64,000 nucleotides of DNA, from positions 228 through 64,227 of IMG/VR virus record IMGVR_UViG_3300044799_000048. The stretch is one strand, 5' to 3'. The notes beneath the pieces were generated by a model. The model was not told where the DNA came from and searched no databases. It was given only the letters and a program-made list of their open reading frames with translations. Source of the DNA: a virus (taxonomy: Duplodnaviria > Caudoviricetes). The position numbers were made by a program, and so were the translations under genes. Positions 21,304 through 30,099 of the stretch are shown here, in pieces. Numbering within the stretch: position 1 is the first letter of the stretch; each line of letters starts with the position of its first letter.

Positions 21304-22317
21304 ATGACTGAAGCGGTTGTACCTTACGGACATGACACGGCACTTATGCCAACCACATTCGACGGCATGATGCATCAAGCAGAGGTATTGGTCAAATCTG
21401 GATTGTTGCCAACAGAGATCAAGACGGCTGCGGCTGCGGCGGCGATCATGCTGACAGGGCGTGAACTCGGTATCCCAACGATGCAATCATTTCGCGGCAT
21501 CTACGTTGTCAGAGGAAAACCAAGTCTGAGTGCGCAACTAATGGCCGCCCTTATCAGACGTGCTGGTCACGACTTTCATGTAGATCAATTGACTGACACA
21601 TGTTGTCAAATCACCTTCGCTAGGCGTGGCGGAAAACCCTTCGTCCACACATTCACAATAGATGACGCCCAGGCAGCAGGACTCACTACGGGTACTAGCG
21701 CCGAGATGTACCGCAAGTATGCCAAGGCGATGCTATTCAGTCGATGTATGTCTGCTGGCGCTCGCATTGAGATGTCCGATGTTATTGCTGGTATGTACAC
21801 GCCAGAAGAACTAGCCGATCCTAAAGACGTGAGTGTCAATTCAGACGGAGAAGTAGTAGTAACATCTCATATTATTGAATCTCAGCAGGTTTTAGAAGAA
21901 CCAATCCATACCGTTGAGTATAAAGTCATTGAACTGCCAGAAGAACCGGATGACGATGACACCGTATCCGATCCCTTTGAAGATCGTGGACAACCGCTTC
22001 ATGTTGATATGACAAAGAATGTAATCACGCCCCCGCATCTTGAACAGGATAAGACGCCAGAGCAGAAGGTAGTGCTGGATAAGATGACGCTGGTTGGACA
22101 TCGAAATGAAGTTCTGGCGCTGCTCAGAGAAGCAAAATGGAATTCGTACAAGCAAGCGGGCCATATCGCAAAGTGGTTTAAGAAGACACAGTTCTCTGAA
22201 TTGACAGTCGAAGAACTGGTGACGCTAAAGGAACAGATCAGGGAAGATATCGCGGCGCAGAAGAAGCCGAAGGAAAGTAAGATTCCAGAAGAACTTAAGA
22301 TGCCGGAGGGACTATAA
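21304..22317 (+). CDS. RecT-like single-strand annealing protein
   Basis: GRELGIPTMQS...IYVVRGKPSLSAQLMAALI...FTIDDAQAAGL...YAKAMLFSR; directly upstream of ssb. Confidence 0.75.
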   Translation: MTEAVVPYGHDTALMPTTFDGMMHQAEVLVKSGLLPTEIKTAAAAAAIMLTGRELGIPTMQSFRGIYVVRGKPSLSAQLMAALIRRAGHDFHVDQLTDTCCQITFARRGGKPFVHTFTIDDAQAAGLTTGTSAEMYRKYAKAMLFSRCMSAGARIEMSDVIAGMYTPEELADPKDVSVNSDGEVVVTSHIIESQQVLEEPIHTVEYKVIELPEEPDDDDTVSDPFEDRGQPLHVDMTKNVITPPHLEQDKTPEQKVVLDKMTLVGHRNEVLALLREAKWNSYKQAGHIAKWFKKTQFSELTVEELVTLKEQIREDIAAQKKPKESKIPEELKMPEGL

Positions 22318-22679
22318 TGTTTCAACGAGTTTCGATAATTGGACACCTCGGTGCAGATCCCACGATGAAGTACACTGAGGATGGAACACCTGTTACAAGT
22401 TTTTCGGTTGCGACTAGCGAAACCTGGAAGAAGGACGGGGAGAAAAAGCAACGTACAACATGGTTTAGAATCCAGGCATGGGAAAAGTTGGCCGAACCCG
22501 TAAACGAATACCTACACAAGGGATCGAAGGTGTTTGTTGAAGGTGTCCTAACACCCGACCCAGAGACGGGCAGCCCTAGGATGTGGGAGAAGGACGGCGT
22601 AGCACATACGTCTTATGAACTCAGGGCGCAGACAGTTAAGTTCTTAGACAGTAGACAGGAGACACAAGATGGCGAATAA
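22317..22679 (+). CDS. ssb: Single-stranded DNA-binding protein
   Basis: IIGHLGADP...FSVATSE...TTWFRI.AW.KLAE...YLHKGSKVFVEG. Confidence 0.95.
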   Translation: MFQRVSIIGHLGADPTMKYTEDGTPVTSFSVATSETWKKDGEKKQRTTWFRIQAWEKLAEPVNEYLHKGSKVFVEGVLTPDPETGSPRMWEKDGVAHTSYELRAQTVKFLDSRQETQDGE

Positions 22680-22986
22680 GGTGAAACGGGTTGAAGTTGA
22701 GGGTGGCGTATATTCATCGAGGTACACTTATATAATCTGGTTTGATGAGAAGTATGTTGACAAGGTTAAGGCGGTTGAAGGTGTGTCTAAAATATATGCG
22801 TCGCTTTTAAGCGAACGCTACTTCATTGACATTAACCATCTCTATAATCCGCTTGAAGTGATGTTAGAGATTCAATCGGTTGTCACTGACAGCAACATTG
22901 TTCTTGACCCGAAGGATGCAGAAGAGTAACGTGCGATTCCGTTCGTGACCATAAGGATTGTTGCAACTTTGACGGCGGAATGGCGT

Positions 22987-23058
22987 GGGGACGTAGCTTA
23001 AGTATGGTAAGAGCCGTCGGCGTGCTGATAGGTGCGGATTCGAGTTCCGCCGTCCCCA
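22987..23058 (+). ncRNA. tRNA-like RNA with truncated anticodon loop
   Basis: Perfect acceptor GGGGACG/CGTCCCC-A, D arm with TGG, T-arm GCGGA-TTCGAGT-TCCGC; anticodon arm GTCGG-CGTG-CTGAT has only a 4-nt loop. Confidence 0.7.
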
Positions 23059-23571
23059 TTTGCCACCATCTTAGATGGTGAGTATGCCCTTCCCAATAAG
23101 GGCCAAGTTTATTGGGACTGTTCGCTAAGGGTTGTCAGCCACTATCGGTAGGACGCGTTGGCGTAGGGGAACGCAACGTAAGCGGGTAGATAGAACAATG
23201 GGGGCTGCGTTAGTAGGTAGCACAGCCCCCTACATAACTAGAAAGGATTAAAAAATGAAAAAGTGTCTTGAAGTGCTGGTCATGCTTGTGGTCTTGTCGA
23301 TGGTGTTCCCCTTTGTGCTTTATGCACAGGGGCCAATCTGGGAAGAGCACCTCATCGTAGCAGACATGGTGAATTACCAAATCGTTATCGACCGCTTGGA
23401 AACCGCCGGGTGGTCATGGACAGGGCTTATGGAACAGACACCTGCAGGACATATTGTCTTTGTCGTGGGTGCTTGGGTAATACGTGCAGTGAACTCAGTT
23501 CCTATTATCCTGCCTGTTCCGTATTGGCAATTTCAGAATAGGCAACCAGACGTTTGAACTACTAGACAATA

Positions 23572-23645
23572 GCCTACGTAGCTCAATTGGTAGTAGCGCC
23601 GCCTTTGTAACGCGGAGGTTGACCGTTCAAATCGGTCCGTAGGCT
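23572..23645 (+). tRNA. tRNA-Thr (UGU)
   Basis: GCCTACG/CGTAGGC acceptor, anticodon loop TTTGTAA, T-arm GACCG-TTCAAAT-CGGTC; C-C mismatch closing the anticodon stem; no encoded CCA. Confidence 0.85.
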
Positions 23646-24640
23646 CTAATCTAGACTCAATAAGTAGGAGGATACCATGAAATTTACAGAAATCATTGCT
23701 CGGCTAATAATTGCGTTTGTTGTTATCGGTGTGACGGCGGGTGAAGTGTTAGTATTTTTGGATAATATTAAAAAAGAGGGGATCGTTTTTGCTATAATGG
23801 TTCCAATTTTAACACTTATATGCCTTATTCTTATTCTTCTTGGTATTTTATGGGCACTAAAAAACTTGTAGGAGGTACACCATGGACGATAAAGGGGAGG
23901 AGCGCCTTGATAAGATCATCTGGAAATTCTATGACAATGATGAGGTCTTGGATTTAGAAGACACTAGATTTCTAATTGACCTGTGTGTATGGCAGAATGG
24001 ATACATTGAGGGACTGAAATCGCGCATTAAAGATTGGGGGGTTACACTATGAAAACTTGGGCGGGAGTATTCATACTCATGTGTTTTATTCTAACGGGTG
24101 CGTTGTGTATCGTTTATATGAAGAACGGAGACATCATTTCCGTTGCGCTTGGATTATCTTGTGGTACTAGCGTAATGATTGTGCTTAGATGGCTAGAGGA
24201 GGAATGGAAATGGTAAGGCAAGGGTTCTCGAAGTTGACTGAAGACATCGAACGCCAGCAGAATGCTATGTTCCGAGACGCGTTAGTCGGAACTATGATGG
24301 AGCGCGAAGCAACTGCATCAGTTGCACTTTCGCATGATCCTAACTGCCAAACGACGTACGCAGAAGACGCCATTGCTCACAAAGAGTGGGTTGGAAAAGA
24401 TGACGAGTACCGGAAGTGCTCAATCATCGAGTTGCCGAATCTGGGCGCGGTGTTTCGAGTCTCAGATGAAGAGGGCGGATTTATTGAGGGTGGATTAGGC
24501 ATTGTGAACCTTGACGACTACGAGATTAATAAGGTTGCAGAACTAACGTATTATGACGTAGAAGGTGTTGTTTATGTGAGGTATCGGTTTCCTGATGACA
24601 ACGTTTACACATTCTTCTCGACCAATGATAGATGGATCGT

Positions 24641-25201
24641 ATGGCAGTGAAAGAACCTAAACCACGCGAGCGCAACCCCATCTTGGATGCGTGGCACGAT
24701 ACAATGGGAACGTGGCCCAACACAGTTCAGAGACAAGAGTTGGAAACACTTATTACAGACATCCCCTTATTCAAGGAATGCCTGAGGGTGTGGAGACTGC
24801 GTGGATTTAGCCCGATGAATGCAACCGGCGTCATAGAGTGGTACAAAGCAGGTGGGCCACCAAAACACAACGGAAAAGTTACTGTACAGTCTGACTATGG
24901 TGCTGATGTATGCCCGCAATGTCATCGCAGCCCGTGTCACTGCGACGGTGTAGATACACGTTCTGACGATGTTGCGCTCATAAACGCATGGCAATATAAA
25001 CGCTATGAGTTGCAAACAGCGGGTATTATGCCGTTCTTTGAGGGCGCTAAACCCATCGGACGCGATGCTGATGGTCGCCTAATCATTGTACCAACTGATA
25101 CCATGCGCGAGAAGATGACGAATACGCATCCATCTATGTCGGGTCGCATCGCGAATATCTTGAGGACCGCGCAAGAGATGGGCGTTATTGTGGGAGGATG
25201 A
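24641..25201 (+). CDS. Possible replication protein C-terminal-type domain with zinc knuckle
   Basis: W.LRGFSPMNATGVIEWY motif and CPQC..SPCHC; functional call is inference. Confidence 0.4.
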   Translation: MAVKEPKPRERNPILDAWHDTMGTWPNTVQRQELETLITDIPLFKECLRVWRLRGFSPMNATGVIEWYKAGGPPKHNGKVTVQSDYGADVCPQCHRSPCHCDGVDTRSDDVALINAWQYKRYELQTAGIMPFFEGAKPIGRDADGRLIIVPTDTMREKMTNTHPSMSGRIANILRTAQEMGVIVGG

Positions 25202-25419
25202 ACATGGAGAAATCAAAGTGGATTAGCGTAGAAAATGAGTTGCCAACTACCAGCGAAGCCATTTTTATTCTAGACAAATGCGGCTATCAATGTGTTGGTA
25301 GTTTTTATGATGATACGTGGCTAGATTTGATTGGGCCACGTACAAGTGATGGAACCGCAGCAGAGATGGACGATGTAACGCACTGGTCGCCTATCGTGTG
25401 GCCGGAGGATGAAACATGA
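25198..25419 (+). CDS. DUF551-like protein
   Basis: WISVENELP ... VTHWSPI. Confidence 0.7.
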   Translation: MNMEKSKWISVENELPTTSEAIFILDKCGYQCVGSFYDDTWLDLIGPRTSDGTAAEMDDVTHWSPIVWPEDET

Positions 25420-25972
25420 AGATTTATGGAGTAACGTATCGTAGTGATCCTAAATATTGTGTTACATGGGCAGGTGTGTTAAACGAGGCAGAATTTGCTA
25501 TGGCCAGTGGTAAAAGTGTTATTGTTTATGAGTATGAAGTTGATAAAGTTACAGAAGATACTCTATGCAATGCGCTCTCTGGTAATGAATGGTTTGATAA
25601 GAGGATAATAGTAGCAATATTTGAGGCCAATGATGGATGGCGCAAGTACGATTGCCACTTCGATCATACGTATCATGGAGATTATCCTTGATCTACGGCA
25701 TGGATGACCCCAATAGAATGTGCTGCAATTGTGAATACTATCGGCCTGACATTAATCCCGAGACAAAACGAGTTAGACCAAGTAGGATAGGAGCCTGCGG
25801 ATTCAGGATAGAATGGCCCGCTATCCCCGAGGCGTTCCATATCTCGCATTACCGTGACGGAGTATGGCCGGGGTCAGGTACACACTGTCTTACGTTCAAA
25901 CTTAAGTTCAAGATGAAGTCTGAAGTTGATACTGATACGCCGAATATGCTCTAACCTCTCGCAGGGTTACGC

Positions 25973-26010
25973 GAAGAAACCTCGGTATAATCTTCAACCG
26001 AGGTTTCTTC
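25973..26010. terminator. Hairpin at the convergent junction, likely bidirectional terminator
   Basis: GAAGAAACCTCGG / CCGAGGTTTCTTC inverted repeat between plus- and minus-strand gene blocks. Confidence 0.7.
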
Positions 26011-26219
26011 TATTTACAACGCGGGTTGCGCTAGCCGATACGGTGCTGGCCCCGAGGGGTTTGTTACCAGTTGCGACTTTCGGTCATCCCGCGTTATATC
26101 ACAAGATGATGGTGCTGTAGAGCCGGTGCAAGATTCCCTTGCGACTCCCATTCTACCCGCTAATGCAGCATCATTGGATAAAAGCACCTACACTTATACA
26201 TATCTGTAGGTGTATTGTA

Positions 26220-26516
26220 TCAAGACACTGGCAGTTTTGGTTGCGGAACCTTGTCGAGCAGATCATACAGTATGCTCGGCCCCACACCGATGAGCAGCGC
26301 TGTCAGCGCACGCCCGGCCAGTGGCGCGGCGGTGAACACGGGCAGCGCGTTTAGCCCCGTGGCGACTCCGAGCGCGGTCCCGATCACCATCGCGGCGTAG
26401 AATTTGTAGATATTCGGCCAGGCAAACTGTTTCCACAGTGGCCCGAACACCGCCTCAAAAAGCTTCTCCAAAATGATTGCCGCGACGATTGCAGCGGCTA
26501 ATGCAGCGTAGTCCAT
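26220..26516 (-). CDS. Putative holin
   Basis: 98 aa with three hydrophobic segments; lies in the lysis region. Confidence 0.6.
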   Translation of the reverse strand: MDYAALAAAIVAAIILEKLFEAVFGPLWKQFAWPNIYKFYAAMVIGTALGVATGLNALPVFTAAPLAGRALTALLIGVGPSILYDLLDKVPQPKLPVS

Positions 26517-26529
26517 AGTCTTTCTCCTT

Positions 26530-27111
26530 TCAACTAATTGCTTTCCATACTCCAAAGAACGACCAATGCTGGTTGTTCGGCATACCAAGCCCGATCAACT
26601 TTTCTCCATTTAGTGGATACCAAGAGTAAGGCCCTGGCCCCTCAGACGGTTTCCATGCCTGTCCAGACATTGGTAGATTAGACCAACCGTCTGCTTCTGG
26701 TTGTCTACTTGCCGTGCCGCCATTCTGCATCACAAAGTTCTTGCTCATGATGACAGTACCATTTACATCAAGACACATGCCGAAAACATTGTGGTCTCCA
26801 CCAAGTGTATCCAATTGATATTTCTTCGCAAACGCAGGCGGTTCATCAACGCCAGACCACTGCCCGTTTTTTGTCAACCATGCCGCAATCAGAACGTACC
26901 TCGGCCCTTCTGTAGCATCTACGTGGACGCCAATCTCCGTAAGCCTAGCGTCCCACTCTAGGGGATAACCCGCAGGCGGCACTACTGGCGGCGGCAACGT
27001 GCCGTCTAGTTCTGCGAGGAGCGCGTCAAGTTTACTATTAGTCGCTGTGAGTTTAGCGATGGCAACGTCAATGACGACATTGAGTTGTGTCAGTTTGGTC
27101 GTGATTGTCAT
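26530..27111 (-). CDS. Hypothetical protein: coiled coil, Pro linker, globular beta domain
   Basis: MTITTKLTQL...PPPVVPPAG...WDARL..IGV...GLGMPNNQH.SF. Confidence 0.55.
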   Translation of the reverse strand: MTITTKLTQLNVVIDVAIAKLTATNSKLDALLAELDGTLPPPVVPPAGYPLEWDARLTEIGVHVDATEGPRYVLIAAWLTKNGQWSGVDEPPAFAKKYQLDTLGGDHNVFGMCLDVNGTVIMSKNFVMQNGGTASRQPEADGWSNLPMSGQAWKPSEGPGPYSWYPLNGEKLIGLGMPNNQHWSFFGVWKAIS

Positions 27112-27448
27112 TCTTCTTCTCCTTCGCGATCTACCACCTTGTTGATAAGGTCTTGCAAGCACCTGATAACGTAGTCCAAGTCAAACGAATCTTCACGCAT
27201 TTCTTTTTGCATAATATGGTCTATCTTATACAATTCGCTCTGCATTATCTTTCTAGCGCAACGAAGCATCTCTACGTCTAGCATTGGTTATTCTCCTCTA
27301 ACTCCTTAATAAAATCGTCTATTTGTATCATAATATAATTCAGCACAAAACCATTGTGGAACGAACCCTGTGGATCAGAATTGTTGTTTTTGTCAAATTC
27401 ATCTTGCAATATTAATCGTGCTTCTAACAATTTGTTTACGTCTATCAT
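27108..27448 (-). CDS. Two tandem paralogous micro-ORFs (27278-27448 and 27108-27284)
   Basis: MIDVNKLLEARLILQDEFDK...F.LNYI and MLDVEMLRCARKIMQSELYK...F.LDYV; GGAG RBSs. Confidence 0.6.
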
Positions 27449-27488
27449 TGGTTTTTCTCCTTGTAATAGTTTGAGTTAAGATGAACTG

Positions 27489-27986
27489 TTACAGTTTCGA
27501 GTAAACAGCCCACCCAAGTATCGTGAGGGCTGGTCTCAGCATTGCTTTCATGTATCCGTTTTGTGGGTCTACACATGTGAATTTGCCAAAGTATGTCTCA
27601 CTTGGGGGGAGCAATACAACCCAGTGCTCTTGGGTAATCCTACCCTTCCAAGTGTCGACTCTAGTAATAATCGGTAGTCCCCTGTCTCTATAATCCTTGA
27701 TGTCTGTTTCTACGGGTGCTTCCCACGTAGGACACTCAGCAAGAATCTCCAACTTCATTCCGTATATCTCACTGATAGCCGCCCAGATCAGCAAGTTGCT
27801 AGAGGCATATCCGTGAGTATAGGTAAGAATCGCGTTAAGTTCAGCAGGGTTCCACTCAATACCGCCAACGTAGTCACCCACTATTGCCGCACAAGTCAAG
27901 AGGCAACCCGATTCCCCAATTGTCGTATCAGATGTACCTAAACGGCGGGACTTCCAATTACCATTGTTTTGCGAATAGAGTTTCAT
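27489..27986 (-). CDS. C39-like cysteine peptidase (candidate endolysin)
   Basis: YSQNN..W...LG.S.TTIGESGCLLTC ... HWVV ... DP catalytic pattern; near the holin. Confidence 0.7.
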   Translation of the reverse strand: MKLYSQNNGNWKSRRLGTSDTTIGESGCLLTCAAIVGDYVGGIEWNPAELNAILTYTHGYASSNLLIWAAISEIYGMKLEILAECPTWEAPVETDIKDYRDRGLPIITRVDTWKGRITQEHWVVLLPPSETYFGKFTCVDPQNGYMKAMLRPALTILGWAVYSKL

Positions 27987-28347
27987 GTTAGTACCATAGA
28001 TCGAAGAAGTCCTCTACGAGTATCGACAATGCTTGCGGGTACTTCACTTCTGCAAGTTCACCTTTTCCATCATCACTCGCGACGAGTTCAAAGAAATGGC
28101 GCATCTCATTTAGCCTGAAGTCCCATTCTTCTTCCGTGTAACGTGCTGGGTGTCCAGCATATAACACTGGAAGTCCATTCGCAAGAACTCGTGACACGTA
28201 AATATACAACGAGTATGCGTCGTAATCCGAGACGCCATACCAACCGCGTTGGACGAAGTACCGCAGTTCAGCCCAGACATAGCCGAATATGCACCACAGG
28301 CGTCGCCAGTCCATCCATGCCGTGAATGCTACACGCTTCATAGATTT

Positions 28348-29166
28348 CTATATCTCCACGTGAATAGGATTACTTTCCGCACCAGGGGTTATAGTAATTT
28401 TTGCTGTTCCTAAAGAGACAGGCTTAAACCCCTTACGTTCAGCGTAAGTGGTAGCATCATCAAGGGCAGTCTTAAGAAATGATCCGGTACAGATAGAATA
28501 CCTAGTCTTAGAAACGATCTTTCCGCTACGATCAGTACCCAAGTATACCGATGGAAAGCAAATTAGTTTATGCAAATGTCCCATTAGGTACAAATCTGCA
28601 TCATAAGAAGATGATAGCCGCTCTAACTTGAGAGCTACCCCCCCCATTAAATCTCCGCCCGCCCATCCATGGTGCAAGAATATTTTGATTGTTGTTGTGC
28701 CACCATTATCGCATCTGCGAAACTTTAGATTTACCCACCCCGAAAGACCAATGCGTAAATCATGTCCAGTATTGAGCGCCTCCAAAACATCAAGATACAT
28801 ATCTGCTGAAAGGTCTTCTTCTACTGCTAACTCATGGTTCCCCAGTGCCATCCCAATACACTTACTACCTATGGGACTTAGTAGTTGAATTAGCCGATCC
28901 CTCTGAATTTTAAGTATGGGGTTACGCCCAAACAACCATGGTGCAAGTGTTGCTTCTTGATGTCTTTTATCGTGTCGTGATATACAATCTACCATATCTC
29001 CGACGCCAATCCACAGACAATTCTTTGTGTTCTTGATGAAGTCAATCTTCTCTTGAAAGAGCTGCTCGTCGCAGGCCCTTGCCCCTAGGTGAACGTCACC
29101 CAGAGGTACGATTGTGAATACGTCTGACCTAGAATCATACTCAATCACTCTCGTGAGAGATCGCAT
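28348..29166 (-). CDS. Calcineurin-like metallophosphoesterase
   Basis: GDVHLG, GDMVD, GNHE, HHG and GHLH motifs. Confidence 0.9.
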   Translation of the reverse strand: MRSLTRVIEYDSRSDVFTIVPLGDVHLGARACDEQLFQEKIDFIKNTKNCLWIGVGDMVDCISRHDKRHQEATLAPWLFGRNPILKIQRDRLIQLLSPIGSKCIGMALGNHELAVEEDLSADMYLDVLEALNTGHDLRIGLSGWVNLKFRRCDNGGTTTIKIFLHHGWAGGDLMGGVALKLERLSSSYDADLYLMGHLHKLICFPSVYLGTDRSGKIVSKTRYSICTGSFLKTALDDATTYAERKGFKPVSLGTAKITITPGAESNPIHVEI

Positions 29167-29202
29167 TTATCCTCTTTCTGCTATGGTTTTCCCTTGGCAC
29201 AA

Positions 29203-29243
29203 AGTATAACACAACCCTGAAGTATTGTCAAATCAGGGTTGTG
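29203..29243 (-). promoter_or_regulatory. Sigma70 promoter overlapped by an 11-bp inverted repeat
   Basis: TTGACA(29231-29226)-17-TATACT(29208-29203); CACAACCCTGA/TCAGGGTTGTG flanks the -35 box. Confidence 0.7.
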
Positions 29244-29249
29244 CCATTG

Positions 29250-29435
29250 TCAAATTCGAATAGCGCTAAGGTCGGGCAGAATATGGAACACGGTCAGTAG
29301 CCAGAGAACAACCACTACGATCACGACAATGTTGATGATCCGCTTGATAACCGGGTCCATAGGGATGTATGTATTCACCAACCACAAAAGAACCCCCACG
29401 ATAATCAGAAGCACAACCAAACTAATGAGACTCAT
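29250..29435 (-). CDS. Small two-TM membrane protein (Thivi_2564-like)
   Basis: LVVLLIIVGVLLWLVNTYIPMDPVIKRIINIVVIVVVVLWLL. Confidence 0.7.
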   Translation of the reverse strand: MSLISLVVLLIIVGVLLWLVNTYIPMDPVIKRIINIVVIVVVVLWLLTVFHILPDLSAIRI

Positions 29436-29558
29436 CTGTTTCCTCCTTTGATTCTTCTTTCTTTTGCTCTGCGAGAAACTTCAGGATGGCTAGGTACGCG
29501 TCTCGCTGTCCTGCGTGATAACTGGCTTGCTGAATTGCAAAATCTTCTACTTCAATTT

Positions 29559-30089
29559 TCATCTGTTTTCCTTCAGTATATTCAACTCTCGACGCAACTC
29601 CTCATTCTCTTTTTGCATGCGTGTCAATTCGTTTTGCAATGCCTGGTTGTTTTCCTGCAACACTACCACCTGATGCTCAAGCCCCGCGATGCGAGTATCA
29701 CGTTTGATCAGTTCAACCTTTGCCATGTCAATGTCGTTTTGTAGTTCGGCGGTATGGCGTTCCAACTCCTCAATGCGTGCCTCACGTTCCCGCATGTCAG
29801 AGGCCAGAACTTTGGCGTGTTTGCGAACTTCGTTAGCCAAGGCCTCGGCGCGAGCGCGGACGTCAATGGCTAGGGTTTCGGCGTCCCTCTCCTGTTGTTT
29901 GTTGCGCACCTCTAAATCATTCATGCGTTCCATGAGTCTCCCGCTAAGCCTGTCATATCCCTCAATAATGGTATCGGCATCCTCTTTGGTTGCCTTGCGT
30001 CGCCCCAGCAAGGTGTTTACTATGAGCGTTCCTATACTACTGATAGCCGCGACAATTAGAGTGATAAGAGCGATATCGATAGTTGGCAC
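29559..30089 (-). CDS. TM plus coiled-coil protein (lysis-associated candidate)
   Basis: N-terminal hydrophobic helix then long heptad repeats; GTG start with AAGGAG RBS. Confidence 0.55.
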   Translation of the reverse strand: MPTIDIALITLIVAAISSIGTLIVNTLLGRRKATKEDADTIIEGYDRLSGRLMERMNDLEVRNKQQERDAETLAIDVRARAEALANEVRKHAKVLASDMREREARIEELERHTAELQNDIDMAKVELIKRDTRIAGLEHQVVVLQENNQALQNELTRMQKENEELRRELNILKENR

Positions 30090-30099
30090 AATTTCTCCT

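Noticed and set aside
23572-23645. tRNA-Tyr (GUA) reading, or an attachment site
   Set aside because: The centred 7-nt loop gives UGU (Thr); no integrase or duplicated tRNA 3' end seen in the window
26105-26175. Twister ribozyme-like words (GCCGGTGCAAG, TAATGCAGC)
   Set aside because: P4 does not close and the order of elements does not fit the permutations I could build by eye
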